From: Tubiluchus corallicola
Taxonomy: Eukaryota; Animalia; Priapulida
Assembly: GCA_030141605.1 (NCBI GenBank)
Contig: JAQGDQ010000026.1
Coordinates: 310,001 to 374,000 of the forward strand
DNA length: 64,000 nt
Direction: 5' to 3'
Part shown: piece after piece, positions 25,883 to 37,541 of the stretch
How positions within the stretch are numbered: the stretch's first letter is position 1
Layout: the number at the start of each line of letters is the position of its first letter
Notes under the pieces: model-generated
What the model was told of the DNA's origin: nothing
Database searches by the model: none
What the model saw: the letters and a program-made list of their open reading frames with translations, nothing else
Made by a program: the position numbers and the translations under genes

Positions 25883-26174
25883 CAGGGCTGGATTATGACC
25901 TTTTGGGTAAATGAAATTACATGTATTGCCCCCCCCCTCAGAGGAAGTCAGTCTTGTATATTTTTTACTCGTGATATATTTTAGCGACAATACATCTTGA
26001 AGTAAATTTATTGCATATTCTTTAAATAAACCAGAATAGCATCTTCTGTTTGTCAATAAAAATATTCTTTGAGAAGTACAATTATTTTACTATTTACTGC
26101 AAACCAAATTAGCACCCAAGCTTGAGGTCCCTTGGGCTGCATCCTATACTAGCCTATAGGATAATCCAGCCCTG
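25883..26174. mobile_element. hAT MITE with perfect TSD
   Basis: 13-bp perfect TIRs CAGGGCTGGATTA / TAATCCAGCCCTG; identical 8-bp TSD AATATGAG on both sides. Confidence 0.92.
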
Positions 26175-26603
26175 AATATGAGGGCAATCATTTATCTTTT
26201 TCTGTAGCAACCTGCATTTCCAGGCATTGAACAAGGTAAAACCAATTAAGGTATAGTTTCTAGGACACTCTAACAATAGCAAAAACTGGAGTTAATTTTA
26301 AAAAGTTCTCAACCTTCTCTGCAGCAGTCAGTAAGGACCGAAAATAAGCATATCTTAGCATTTCACCACTTTCATTCACCATTGTTGAGACTTGAAGATA
26401 AAGATGAGACATAGTTTACACTCCCAATACCAAAGCAACTAATATCAGCCTTCACTATAAATCATTGACTCAATGAATACCCTAGCATAGCTTCCAACAC
26501 CATGTTATTAACTTGTAATCAGAAACAAGCAGTATCAATGTGTTCTAGTGTTTTTCTTTCTCATTTTTACAATATAAGTTGGGTTCCATTAAAGGGCTAG
26601 CAA

Positions 26604-29600
26604 TTATGTGGGTTTAGGCATGGATGGTTGTGGCATTGAGTCAGTGGTAGGATAAGGAGGTGGATTTGATGAGGGTTCGGGACTAGATGAAGGATACGGA
26701 AGTGGGATGGCCTGTTGGGGATTTGCTTTTTGTGGATTAAATGATGGGGCCATAGGAGCATACTGAGTTTGCCCATGATAAGGTGATCCACCTGTTTGGT
26801 TTCCTGGTGGCCTGAAAGGTCCTCCCGGATATCCCATTTGACCTGGTGGTCCATATGGCCCACTTCCTGGTCCTGTGGGATATCCTTGAGGAGATGGAAA
26901 TCTGCCTCCGCCATACTGTGCCTGTGGAAAACCTCCATATTGTGCTTGAGGTACTCCTCCATACTGTGGCCTAGGTGGTCCAGAAGGATAACCTACATGT
27001 ACTCCACCAACTGGTGGTTGCCTGCTTCCTGCTTGCTGACCTGAATATAAAATGGTAGCATATATAATTGCACAGTAAACTGTAGATTGGTTTAATCACA
27101 TATGACGATCTAGCATACAGCTATTTTATAACAAGCTTACTTTGTTCTTTTAATCACTTTAACTAAATTTAACAGTTGCTCTTTAGCAAAAACACGAAAA
27201 CCATTGCAAACAATCTGTGATGCTTTCAGCCATTTTCTTAGTTATTATTTAGTCAACAGACTTTGCATACCAACTAACTAGATAAACTGCTAGTTGTTGC
27301 TATTCTGCACATTTTTAGTAAGGACCTAGCTTGACCATGATTTTTCACATTTGGTCGATAATGTATCAGATAGGAACAAATAAATGAATTTCAAAATAGA
27401 TGACCTTGGGTCAGGGCTTGATCACAAAAAATCAGTGACATTTTATTTATAAGATGTACCTTTCTTCTGAAGTCAGCAGTTAGTTAACAGAACAACCGTA
27501 CCAATTCACTGCTTCACTGTGCTACTTAAAGTTTGCCTTTCCCTGTGCATTTTTGAATAATGACCTTTTGGTGACCTTTGTCTGCTATCTTAAGATCCCT
27601 CTGATGTTTACTTTACATATCATAATGATAATTTGTAGACAGAAACCGAGTTATTACACCTTCACTCAATACCACAAACATTTGCGTACAACCCTAGTGT
27701 TACACAGAGAAAATACCGTAAGACATTGCTGTTAAAACAAAATCAATATTTTACCCGACTGCCTTGGCTGAGTCTGTTTTAATGACAAGTCTTCCCTACC
27801 TAGAAGTAAAAATACATTGCTTTACTTTCAAAGTAACGTAAAGGTATTAAACTTGTACATATGTTTAAATGTTAAATCATTATGAGCTCAGTAGTTTACT
27901 AAAGACTAGCTTTTATATTTCAAGCCCTAAGCTGTGGATACATAGCAAATTTAATTCTTGGCACCCAAGTGGTGAAATGTTGAGTAACTATTAAACACAA
28001 AAGAATTAAAAGCAGTCAGTGAATTACCATTTTGACTTGACTTGCGTTTACTCTTATAAAAGCAATATGCTATTCCAATAACTCCAAGCACTGCCAGAAT
28101 TCCAGCTACAACACCACCTACTCGACCAGTCCTAAAACACAGTTAATAAAAAATCAACTATTGATATATAAATGTATACAATACATTTTCCAAACATTGA
28201 TCATTCATATCTTGTTTCATATATAGATGCCATACCAATCCTAATCCCTGCTTTTTCAGTACAGGACATTTCTTTTTCTTCACCTGGTAAATGTGTGTAC
28301 TCAGCCAACACAAAAACAGAAACATCGACAATATTTATAATGGTTATTACCCAGAACCAAATGAGCAGCAATACTGTGCATTACTCGGGCCGCAACAGTA
28401 TTTATAACTGTACGACTGGTGATACATGGGGCACGTGAAAATGCCTTGTGGACCTCCTGTCTCGTTTGTATTTTGGTAGTTTCTGCATGCTGACCAACCA
28501 TGCCGGCCATCTATAAAGCGAAAAAAAAACAGTTTTCAGAATGAAAACCAATAATATTTCTTGAAGTAGTCTTATAGAAAGGCTTTATAAACCTCAACAT
28601 TTTAGAAAGGTATGTGTTCAATGTCTTTTTCACTGATTTGTAGAAACTTTTATATAAATGTAATACTAATTTGAAAATATCAAAAATGAAGTATTTTCAC
28701 ATCTGTAAATAAGATGTATCACGTCTGCAAGTATTCCCATGGTACATAAGTGATAGTAATTGTACAATGTTCAAATATTTTCTACTTTACTTGTGACACA
28801 CACTAAACAAACATGATCATTAATGTTGCATAATTGCAATGTAAATATGTGTTATACACGTACTGTAGTTTACGAATTTACTTACAACGCAAGTTATTGC
28901 GTCTTGTTGCAGCTAATCCTAGTCCAACTCCAACTGCTACTCCTAGACCCACATTTCTGTTCCTGTTCCTATTGATACTTGTTGTAGGTCTTCTGCGGTT
29001 GCCACCAATTCTTATTCTTGATCGAGATCGACCACTGTTTGCTAGGAAAAACGGAACACTAAGATCTCAAAGGTTCATTTTCAATGTATTGGTATTTACA
29101 TTAATTATCATAGTAGTAAAAGGAAAAGCACCCTACAGTGTTGCTAGATTATGTCACTACACTTGCATTGGTGGTAGTGGCCATGGCAGTGGTGGTGTTA
29201 GTGATGCACTTGCTGTTGCTGATAGTAGTGCTGATGGTGACAGTAAATTGCTAACGCTACAGCTGCAGCCAGTAGTTGTAGAGGTGTAATTAGTGATAGT
29301 AAATTGCTAACACTACAGCCGCAGCCAGTAGTTGTAGTGGTGTAATTAGGGAGGTGTTCAGGAGCTCTCGTCACTGGTTGCTAAATGGTATAAGTGCTGG
29401 AAACTGTAGTATGTAGTACACATGTATCTATGCTTCTTACCTTACATGGGACATTCCTAGAATAACAGCTTATAAATTCTTGATTCAAGAGGAACAAATT
29501 CAACGGATGTCTTTTTATCACAATAACGAGAGACAGAATGCATATAACTTAGTAAATAAGACTTAATGAGTTAGATGAATATTGTTTCTTTGGATGTGTA

Positions 29601-29919
29601 CTTATATCTTCCTCTTTTTACTGAACAGTGTCGTGCATCGAGAAGCCAGTGACCTTATTTGTGAGCATTTGTATAATAAAAATGTAACACTATTAGATAA
29701 TACTTATGAGGTTCTATTACAGTAATTAGTACCCATTTAATTTTAAACAATAGGCATCAACTACGTACCGTAGGGTAAAAATCCGAGAGCTAGTATGATT
29801 AAAAGCAAGTGTAGGTTGAGGATATTATACGGTTTAATCCAATTCAGTAGTGAATTTAATGTTATTAATAACGACGCAGGCTTCTGATTACTCCGTTTTG
29901 CACTTTCTTCAGCTGCCAT
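26604..29919 (-). CDS. Shisa-like (six-cysteine) single-pass membrane protein with Arg-rich and Gly/Val/Ala N-terminal segments and Pro/Gly/Tyr-rich PPxY tail, 335 aa
   Basis: Five GT-AG exons join in phase: 29919-29769, 29041-28886, 28510-28351, 28131-28028, 27040-26604 (1008 nt). Product: signal-like LLLIILALGFLPYANS; GRSRSRIRIGGNRRR...NRNRNRN; VGLGVAVGVGLGLAA; C-RNYQN...FTCP...YKYCCGPSNAQYCC; TM VGGVVAGILAVLGVIGIAYCFY; KSKRK; PQYGG/GYPGG-rich tail with PPPY. Confidence 0.85.
29237..29348. repeat. Tandem duplication, 2 x 56 bp, intronic
   Basis: GTGA(C/T)AGTAAATTGCTAAC(G/A)CTACAGC...GTGTAATTAG repeated at 29237 and 29293. Confidence 0.9.
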
Positions 29920-31017
29920 CTTGAAACTCCTGAAACCGCGAAATATTCATTGATTTTGGAATGAAGCCTGCTCATTTGTGGATGCTGCTTGAGTTACGCA
30001 CGCGCTATATGGCTTCCTGCATGCGATGTTAGATCCAGATCATCAGTTGTGCAGGACATCGAAAAGCCGGAGATCATAGACTTCAGAGCCGTGTGGAGAT
30101 GGATGTAGAAATGTAGGACTAGGTCAGCGCCTTAGGAAATGTATGCCCCATTTGGAACTAATTAAATGTCAATCATGTCATGTCAAATATGCAGTGTTAA
30201 AATGAAAGCATATTATTTATGTATGGGTGCAATGGCGGTATACCCTAAAGTAGACAGGACGCTTTCGAAACAGCACGCGTGAGTCCCTGCGTCGAGAAAG
30301 CATATGGAACTGTGGGGTATCACGATACCCCATGAGCCTACTGTCTTAAAGGACAGATCGGGTACGTAATGCATACTAATTAATAGCCCACGACTGAGTT
30401 TGCATTTATCTATTGCGATATGTAAGTATACTATTGTAACTATAATTATATACACAGACTAGTAAACTTATTTTCTAGGAGGAAATTTTTATTTTTGATG
30501 ACTTATGATTTTTGTTAATTTATCGCGCAGGTGCAGGAACTTTGAGCTTTGACTACACTGACTCAGCGTTGTACAATAAAATTTTTTGCTAATACATGTA
30601 ATACTGTTTGATGCAGGATAAAACGTTTTCCACACCTGACTTCAATGAGTTATAATTTATAGGTAGGGTTGTAAGTGAAAAAATGTATTAGCAACGAGAC
30701 TCTGCGTGCAATAGTTTTAGTGTGACGTCACTGGTATTGCGCACTGGGCTGCTTTATTATTGTAACGTCGTTAATTTTTTTTTTGATCATTTCTGCTTTT
30801 TAAATGTCACACTGCTAGGTTGCCTTGTACCCAACTTCCCTTTAAAACAGTGCTTCTGACAAACATGATCATTTTTACGTATTCCCACAGATCAGAGAAT
30901 TTTAAAAGCATCTTGGACTCTTAGGTATGATTCCCTGATTGACGAGAAAAATCTGGACTGCGAAGCAAAGTAACAAAGAGTTTGTTCCGTGCACTTAATT
31001 TACCTACGACGGTTTAA

Positions 31018-31410
31018 CAAGACCGTGTTAACGCATGGGAACGTTGGGCAGTTGCCAGGGGGCCTCTATGCTAATCATTATATGCATGTTTATGTTGTGA
31101 CTTGGTGTCAATGAATAAATACTATACTGTTTTAGACTAACATGTAGTTTTGTGTGTGTGTTTTAAATTTTTATACCTGATGCAGTAAAATAAATAGATA
31201 AATACTATACTATTTTAGACATGTCTGTGTTGATTAATCTTTGCTGTAGAGCATGTTTTTTAATAAACACTAGTTTTGTTAGAAGTGTCGTAAACATAAT
31301 TATGTTTAATTTTATTGACCATTTACATTTTTATTCCTGAGTGGTTGTGTAAGTAGGGGTCTCAGTGCACTGCTTCGCCCGGGGACTATTATTATGTTAA
31401 GAGGACCCAG
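31018..31410. mobile_element. Degenerate hAT-like MITE
   Basis: Imperfect terminal inverted ends CAAGACCGTGTTAAC / GTTAAGAGGACCCAG with GC-rich subterminal GCCCGGGG-like motifs; TSD not clear. Confidence 0.45.
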
Positions 31411-32939
31411 CAGTTTGAGCCTGAGCGGGTATAGTGTCTGACTTAATGTGAGGTACCAAAGAAAAAGAAAACTAAGCAGAAATGCTAGCGTTTCGGATAG
31501 CATTTTTTAATTCTTTAAAAGAGTGGTTTCCTAGATTTTTAGACGTTTGGGCATTTTTTCAAATATGCAAATGAGGTTCCATAGAAGAAAAGCTTTAAAT
31601 CTTTAAGTGAAAAATTTTGCTCGTGGGCCAAGATTTGACTGTCGTATCATTTTTGTGCAGTCGCAAACCTTAATTTATTCTATGTGTAGCTTTCAAGTTC
31701 CAACGATTTTGCCCCTTGGCTAGCACGATAGACGGGCGATTCCACTTCAAGCATAGGAAATGAATGTTCCTCACTCCGGTCGCGTTTTGTGCGATTTTTA
31801 TGATGAAGTAACAGTTACTGGGGTAGATCCTCTTCACCAAAATCGTTTATCAATTAGACGACTTTATTTTACCTGTAAAATCACACTATATTATAGATCA
31901 TTTATTTAGTCGTGACTGTCTGTCAACAGTTGGTGAAACATCGAGAGAAATATTTCAAAATGTGGAGAAATGGGTGTTACAAGGCTTACCCGTTAAATCC
32001 GGGGGGGGGGGGTTTGTAATGTCTTTTTCCTGTTCTAAGTTTAACATAGTTTTTATGAAATTTAGCTAGAAAGGTTAATTGTTACCTTAACGGAGTAATA
32101 ATTATTGTGCATGTAACCTAGAAAGTTGTGGCAAACAGCTTACTTGCAGCTTGATTAAAAAGTTTGATTCGCGGGAGTACTCGGTATACCTATTATTGTT
32201 CATACAGTATAGACTACAGTCTGATATAGTTTCCATACGCTTACAGTTTAATTATTAATGCATAGATTGCTTCTTACTTGATTTATTCTAAAATTATTTT
32301 TGCCGCAAGTGATTTATGTGTAGTCTGGTGCGTAAATTCAGCGAGTACATTTTCGATAGAGTAGCATTTTATTTTATTTGCGTTTTGTCGCATAATCGCA
32401 TGCTTTGCTAAATACAGTGGAAGTAAAAATACCTGTGACGTTCGCCAAAATTAATACATCGTAATTTTATGTGCACAAAACTTTTCGTCAATTTTTAAAT
32501 ATGATAATTATAGTCATCAGCAATAACTTAATTATAAATTAATTTGAGTTTTTCACACCCAATAGCATTTTGCTGCTTTTTTATTCCGACTCGGTCATCT
32601 GCTGTATCCGTGTAACACATTATTGGCTTGTTCCGTAGTGACGTTTTTGCCGTCATCAATATGTCTGCTCACAGTATGAGTAAGTGACTAAGAGTAGTAA
32701 AAACAGAAACTGTGAATATTTTCTTGTCTTTGACCTAATTTTGTTTACCAAATTGGTAATCTATCGTTATGAAGGCTAATAAATTAATAATAAACTATGA
32801 TAAGAAAATACGCGCTTATTTTCGTTGCAGGATCTTAATACTTTTAAACTGTTTATGGGGGACCATGAATGAATTACAGCTGACAATGTAAAATACTTAT
32901 GTTTGTATTTTGATAATAATTGTCATGGAAGACACAAAT

Positions 32940-33420
32940 TGTCATGTATATAGGCTTAATAAGCTCATTGGTCTTTTTCTAAAGTGCGATATTCTTAGAT
33001 ACCTTTATCTTACGAATGCTGTCCTAAAACCACTCACTACAGCCCAGCATAGGATAGTGAAAAACATTACATTTAGCCCAAATCCTGCTTATGCCACACC
33101 CTCTTATGTAAAGCTTAAACTGTTAAAACTTAATGAAATTTACCAATTAGAGCAGGCCAAATTTATGTATCGTTTCAAAAATACGAACTTAACAGAACTA
33201 TTCTTTAACTATTTTACTCCCATATCTGAAATCCATAACTATGAAGCTAGATCTGCTGCTCGTGGTCTATATCTTTTGCCCAGATTCTGTACCACTCGTG
33301 GGATTAAGTACTACCAAATATAAAGCTGTTATGTTCTGGAATTGCCTGAGCAGTAATATTAAAGATTCTAGCGGTATCTCTAAACTTAAAAAGCAATTGC
33401 TATTAATTTACTCAGATTAA
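32940..33420 (+). mobile_element. LINE ORF2 3' remnant (CR1/L2-group-like)
   Basis: AQHRIVKNITFS...KLKLLKLNEIYQLEQAKFMYRF...IHNYEARS, followed by a frameshifted WNCL, is typical of the C-terminal region after the RT domain. Confidence 0.75.
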
Positions 33421-35385
33421 TGTTAAGCTCTTACTCAACTAGACTCTATTTTCGTTATCTAACTTTATAATCTTGACTACATTAATATTTATAAAACAGA
33501 AAACACTACTACATGAATCTGTGGCTCAGAAAATATATTGTATAACTCGAGCTGCGGATTCGTACTTTGAATGCTATTGCTTATGACATTAAATAAATCC
33601 TCTGGCCAATACATATATCATAATATCAGGAATACTTTGTCTTTCTTCTCTTCTTTACAGAGCAATTATTAAAGACATACCTTGGTACTATTTTATAAGT
33701 AAAGTTGTAGGAGTTGCACATAGATTGCACAAATCTTACCTGTTCTTTATGAAATTATTACAAAAACCTGTAATTTGTCTAGTCAGCATATTGAAAATTA
33801 TTTTATGTATTATTATCATCATCCAAAGTTGGTATATTTATCTTTAGTAAGCCTAGACATGATGAAGTTGAACTCATAATCGAAATGTATTTAATTCTTG
33901 TTGTTGATTTACTGTATTCTTAATCCAGATTGTTTTAATTATGACATAACAAACATGGTCTGTTTTTCATTCAAAATTACAATGCTGATTTCTTTAGTTT
34001 ATGCAAGAATGACCCTATTCCATTGACCCCATAATTTATAGTATTTTCTTTATTTTGGATTACTTAATTATATAGTAATTGTCATAATTCCAAAAATTAT
34101 AATGTTTCCTAAATTAAACTGACAACATTAATTTTCATGCTCACCAGTGTCATCTAGTGATCATTTTTTGTATTCGGTAAATGATAGCAGACTAGATGAC
34201 TTATAGTCTTTTCGTTGTCTTTTCTCTAGTTTTATATCTATCTATTGTAACCATCCTTCACGACTTACTATTGATTTTGTTATTAATAGTTCTATTGTAC
34301 TGATCTAAAGAGATAAATAAATTGAAATTGAATTACTGCTCCTGATATTTTAGGTTAGAGATTTTCAAAGCTTTCCTTATTTTTATGTTAAAGTTTTTAT
34401 TTTAAAATACTTCTTGTAATAGTCATGCATACTAACGAAAACAAAATGTAGTATTATAATATTAATGGTTTTGTTTAGGAATAATTCAGTTTTGATTTTA
34501 GTTTAATCCATTTGCACTCTGTCATGAGCATTACATTACTGAACTACTTATTTACGGTGTTATACTACACTTGCCACATAATTAATACTCGTGTGATTAT
34601 GTTTGGTGTTATTATTCCATTGACATTCGTGCCCAGCGAACTTTGTAGTGCAGTTCTAAAATGCTTCATTTATGGCTTACTCTACGAGATCTATGAAATG
34701 CACGTGTGCAAAAGAGACATACTGCACCATAACTAACATTGTAAAACCATAACTAACATCTTTGTGTGATAATAGATTTTAACTCAGTACCTCACTGAAA
34801 GAAGAACTAGTGCTGGATAGCTGCGATTGAACTGCTTTGCGAGATACTCTCAGCAAGAAATTACATGCTTTCTGACAGTTTGCTCCTGAGTGCGCTCATT
34901 CTAGTTTTTGTTATAAATAAGAATTCTGGTAGGCTACTTACTATTGCCGCTATCCCAAAGTATTATCAATTAAATATTTTTAATAGTGAGTGAGAGATTG
35001 GATGCTTGGTGATCATATGGTCTTATGGTCTTTCTCCAACTTGTTCCTTATTACCAATAAGATAAGATAAGATAAGATAAAGAATTTATTGTAATTGTAA
35101 TTGAATATTAAAATATTATTATAATTGCATGTTGGAGACATAAAAATTCAGTTCTCTGTGGCCATCTTATCAGCATAATATAAGCAGGTGAAGTGTTTGT
35201 TATTGATTTGGCTGTTTTATGGCTCTGTTTCTTCAACTTATAAATTTTTCTGCAATGCATTTTACATTTAACGCATATATTTAAAGTACATATTCTGTGT
35301 AATATATATTTTTATTACAAGCAGCACTCAAGGATTAATACTTGGTCAGTTTTTCCTAGGTCATTTTATTTAACAAATTTCAGAA

Positions 35386-36333
35386 ATGGCTAACTCTGAA
35401 GAAAATACCCTTCATCGATCGTCTGCTGTGGCATCGACAGCCAAGCATCGATGGCAGCTGCTAGCAAGAGCAATTAAGAAAAACCGTCATGGAAGAAGTT
35501 CTACTTCATTGGCCAAAGACCCAGTATCCGTAAGGCGTTTTCAGTCTTTTGGAATTTTGCAGCAAATCAAATGTAACTGCTTACACGTTGCTGATGATGG
35601 GAACACTGTAAACCATCTTAACAGACCCAATTTTGATATGTGGTTCAATTTTTGCATTCCGCATTTTCCAAACTTTTCTGTGAGTATAAAACTTTTGGAT
35701 GATGCCTCGAATCTGTCAGATCTGATAGGTTTTAACAATACTGGTAACATTTGCATATGGCCATCTGAAGAAGTAATGACGTATTATTGTTTAAAACACT
35801 CGAATTTTTTTCTTGGAAAAAATCTATGTGAGTTGGGTGGAGGTATGACGTGCCTTGCTGGGCTTGGAGTAGCAACTACTTGTGCAGCTGATAAAGTCTT
35901 GCTAACAGATGGAAATGCACAATGTGTCGTGAATCTACTTGCACTTATTGAGCAAAACAAACCCAGTGTAAAATGCAGCGTGCTAACAGCAGAATTGATA
36001 AGGTGGGACAAACAAGATACCTTTGTTGACCATTCTAATCAGTTTGACATTATCCTGTGTGCAGACTGTTTGTTTTTTGATGAATACAGAGAAGACTTGT
36101 TACACACATTGACACAGTTATTGAAATCTGATGGCATTGTCTGGATTTTTGCCCCTTCTAGAGGTGAAACATTGAACTTGTTTACTGCAACAGCTGCAAA
36201 GAATTTTCATGTCGCTATTAAGCATGACTATGATCCTCTTGTCTCAAAACTTCATAATGAAGCTTTAAATTGTAATAGTAGCTATAAGCCTGACTTACAT
36301 TACCCACAGTTTATAGTAATGCAGAAGAAGTGA
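35386..36333 (+). CDS. CAMKMT: Calmodulin-lysine N-methyltransferase, uninterrupted 315-aa ORF
   Basis: AKHRWQLLARAI, SVRRFQSFG, GFNNTGNICIWPSEE, motif I LCELGGGMTCLAGL, VLLTDGN, ILCADCLFF, FAPSRG and C-terminal YKPDLHYP, all characteristic of CaM KMT. Confidence 0.95.
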   Translation: MANSEENTLHRSSAVASTAKHRWQLLARAIKKNRHGRSSTSLAKDPVSVRRFQSFGILQQIKCNCLHVADDGNTVNHLNRPNFDMWFNFCIPHFPNFSVSIKLLDDASNLSDLIGFNNTGNICIWPSEEVMTYYCLKHSNFFLGKNLCELGGGMTCLAGLGVATTCAADKVLLTDGNAQCVVNLLALIEQNKPSVKCSVLTAELIRWDKQDTFVDHSNQFDIILCADCLFFDEYREDLLHTLTQLLKSDGIVWIFAPSRGETLNLFTATAAKNFHVAIKHDYDPLVSKLHNEALNCNSSYKPDLHYPQFIVMQKK

Positions 36334-36397
36334 ATTACATATTCTGTAAATATTGTGTACACTAACTTTCAAACGCTTGTTTGCTGTCTTACAGGTA

Positions 36398-36544
36398 CAG
36401 TCAAATCTTGTTATAATGCCCCCTTTATAATGACAACCTCACTTAATGCTAAGTATGTATTAATAGACCTCATTATAATGCCTAATTTGCTATAATGCCA
36501 ATTTTTTGCAGTCCCAAAGTAGGCGATATGAAGAGGTTTGACTG
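36398..36544. mobile_element. Small Tc1/pogo-type MITE in the probable CAMKMT 3' UTR
   Basis: TA-CAGTCAAATCTTG ... AAGAGGTTTGACTG-TA; TA TSD on both sides; internal TATAATGCC repeats. Confidence 0.8.
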
Positions 36545-37541
36545 TATTTACTTCATAATTGGTTGGTCAAAATTTTTTTCGAACAAGGTTCATTTCATGC
36601 TTAAATTTGCAATAGAACTGTTTCAAATAGCGACTGCTTAACATGTAGTGACTCCTGCAGTAACTTCCACATAGTAGAAACAAGATAATGTGTAAGTAAA
36701 AGACAGTTTCTGAAAACTTTTATATTAAGGAATCAACGTGCATGAAATATCTGCTTTTCAAAAAGTATTTGTTTTTCGCTCATTCGTTTTCTGTTGCTTA
36801 TAGACAAAAAATAACTTGGTGTCAAAATATAATGGTGATAGACAAAATTGAAATTAGTCTTATCTGAGATTTTACATTTTGCATTCATTTTTTCTTATTC
36901 AAGATTTTGTTGGCAGTATTAAATACTTTAAGTGAAAGAGTTGTTATTTGTTTTATGTGTGCATTTTTCACTTATTGAATTAACTGTTGCTTAATACTTA
37001 GCAGTAGGCCATCCACGAACACTCATTGTTCCAGTATCCTTTGCACAAAAATACATAATCTACATGTATAAAATGCAAGTGTGTATAGAAAACAATCGTA
37101 TTTTATACAAACATGGTTGCTATATGTAAGGTTATATTAACTTCTCTCATTATTACAGTAATATTTGTGAAAATTATAGTTGACATCATTGTCATCACTG
37201 TTTCCACTGTACCTGTAAGTATCTTGTCAGCTGCCAAATTTTTGAGTCTTGATGTTACAATAAATTCTAAAGTCTTTGAGTCACTGCTTATTAAAATGAA
37301 TGTACTTTCATTTAGTTTTCAAATATTCCCAGAACATAACCTGACTGAGCAAATTTATGATCTCTGTGTATTTGTCCTCATTATATGTTTATCAAACATT
37401 GGCATTTGTATGCCGGGTATCAACAAAACAGCTTTGATGTCAACCATCTACGTTACCATACTGTTCGTTCATTGCAGTGTGCTGTGCATTTTGAAGAACG
37501 TTGTCACATAACTTGTCAGTGTCACTTTTTGAAGCTGAACC

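Noticed and set aside
26597-26962. 121-aa minus-strand ORF MEEYLKHN...
   Set aside because: Alternative frame of the Pro/Gly-rich last exon; splice phase selects the GYPGG/PPPY frame.
28834-29289. 151-aa plus-strand ORF
   Set aside because: Antisense shadow of the Shisa-like exon 2 plus intronic low-complexity repeats.
37113-37511. 132-aa hydrophobic ORF between CAMKMT and NAT16-like
   Set aside because: Ile/Val/Leu/Phe bias expected from T-rich DNA; no recognisable motifs or splice context.
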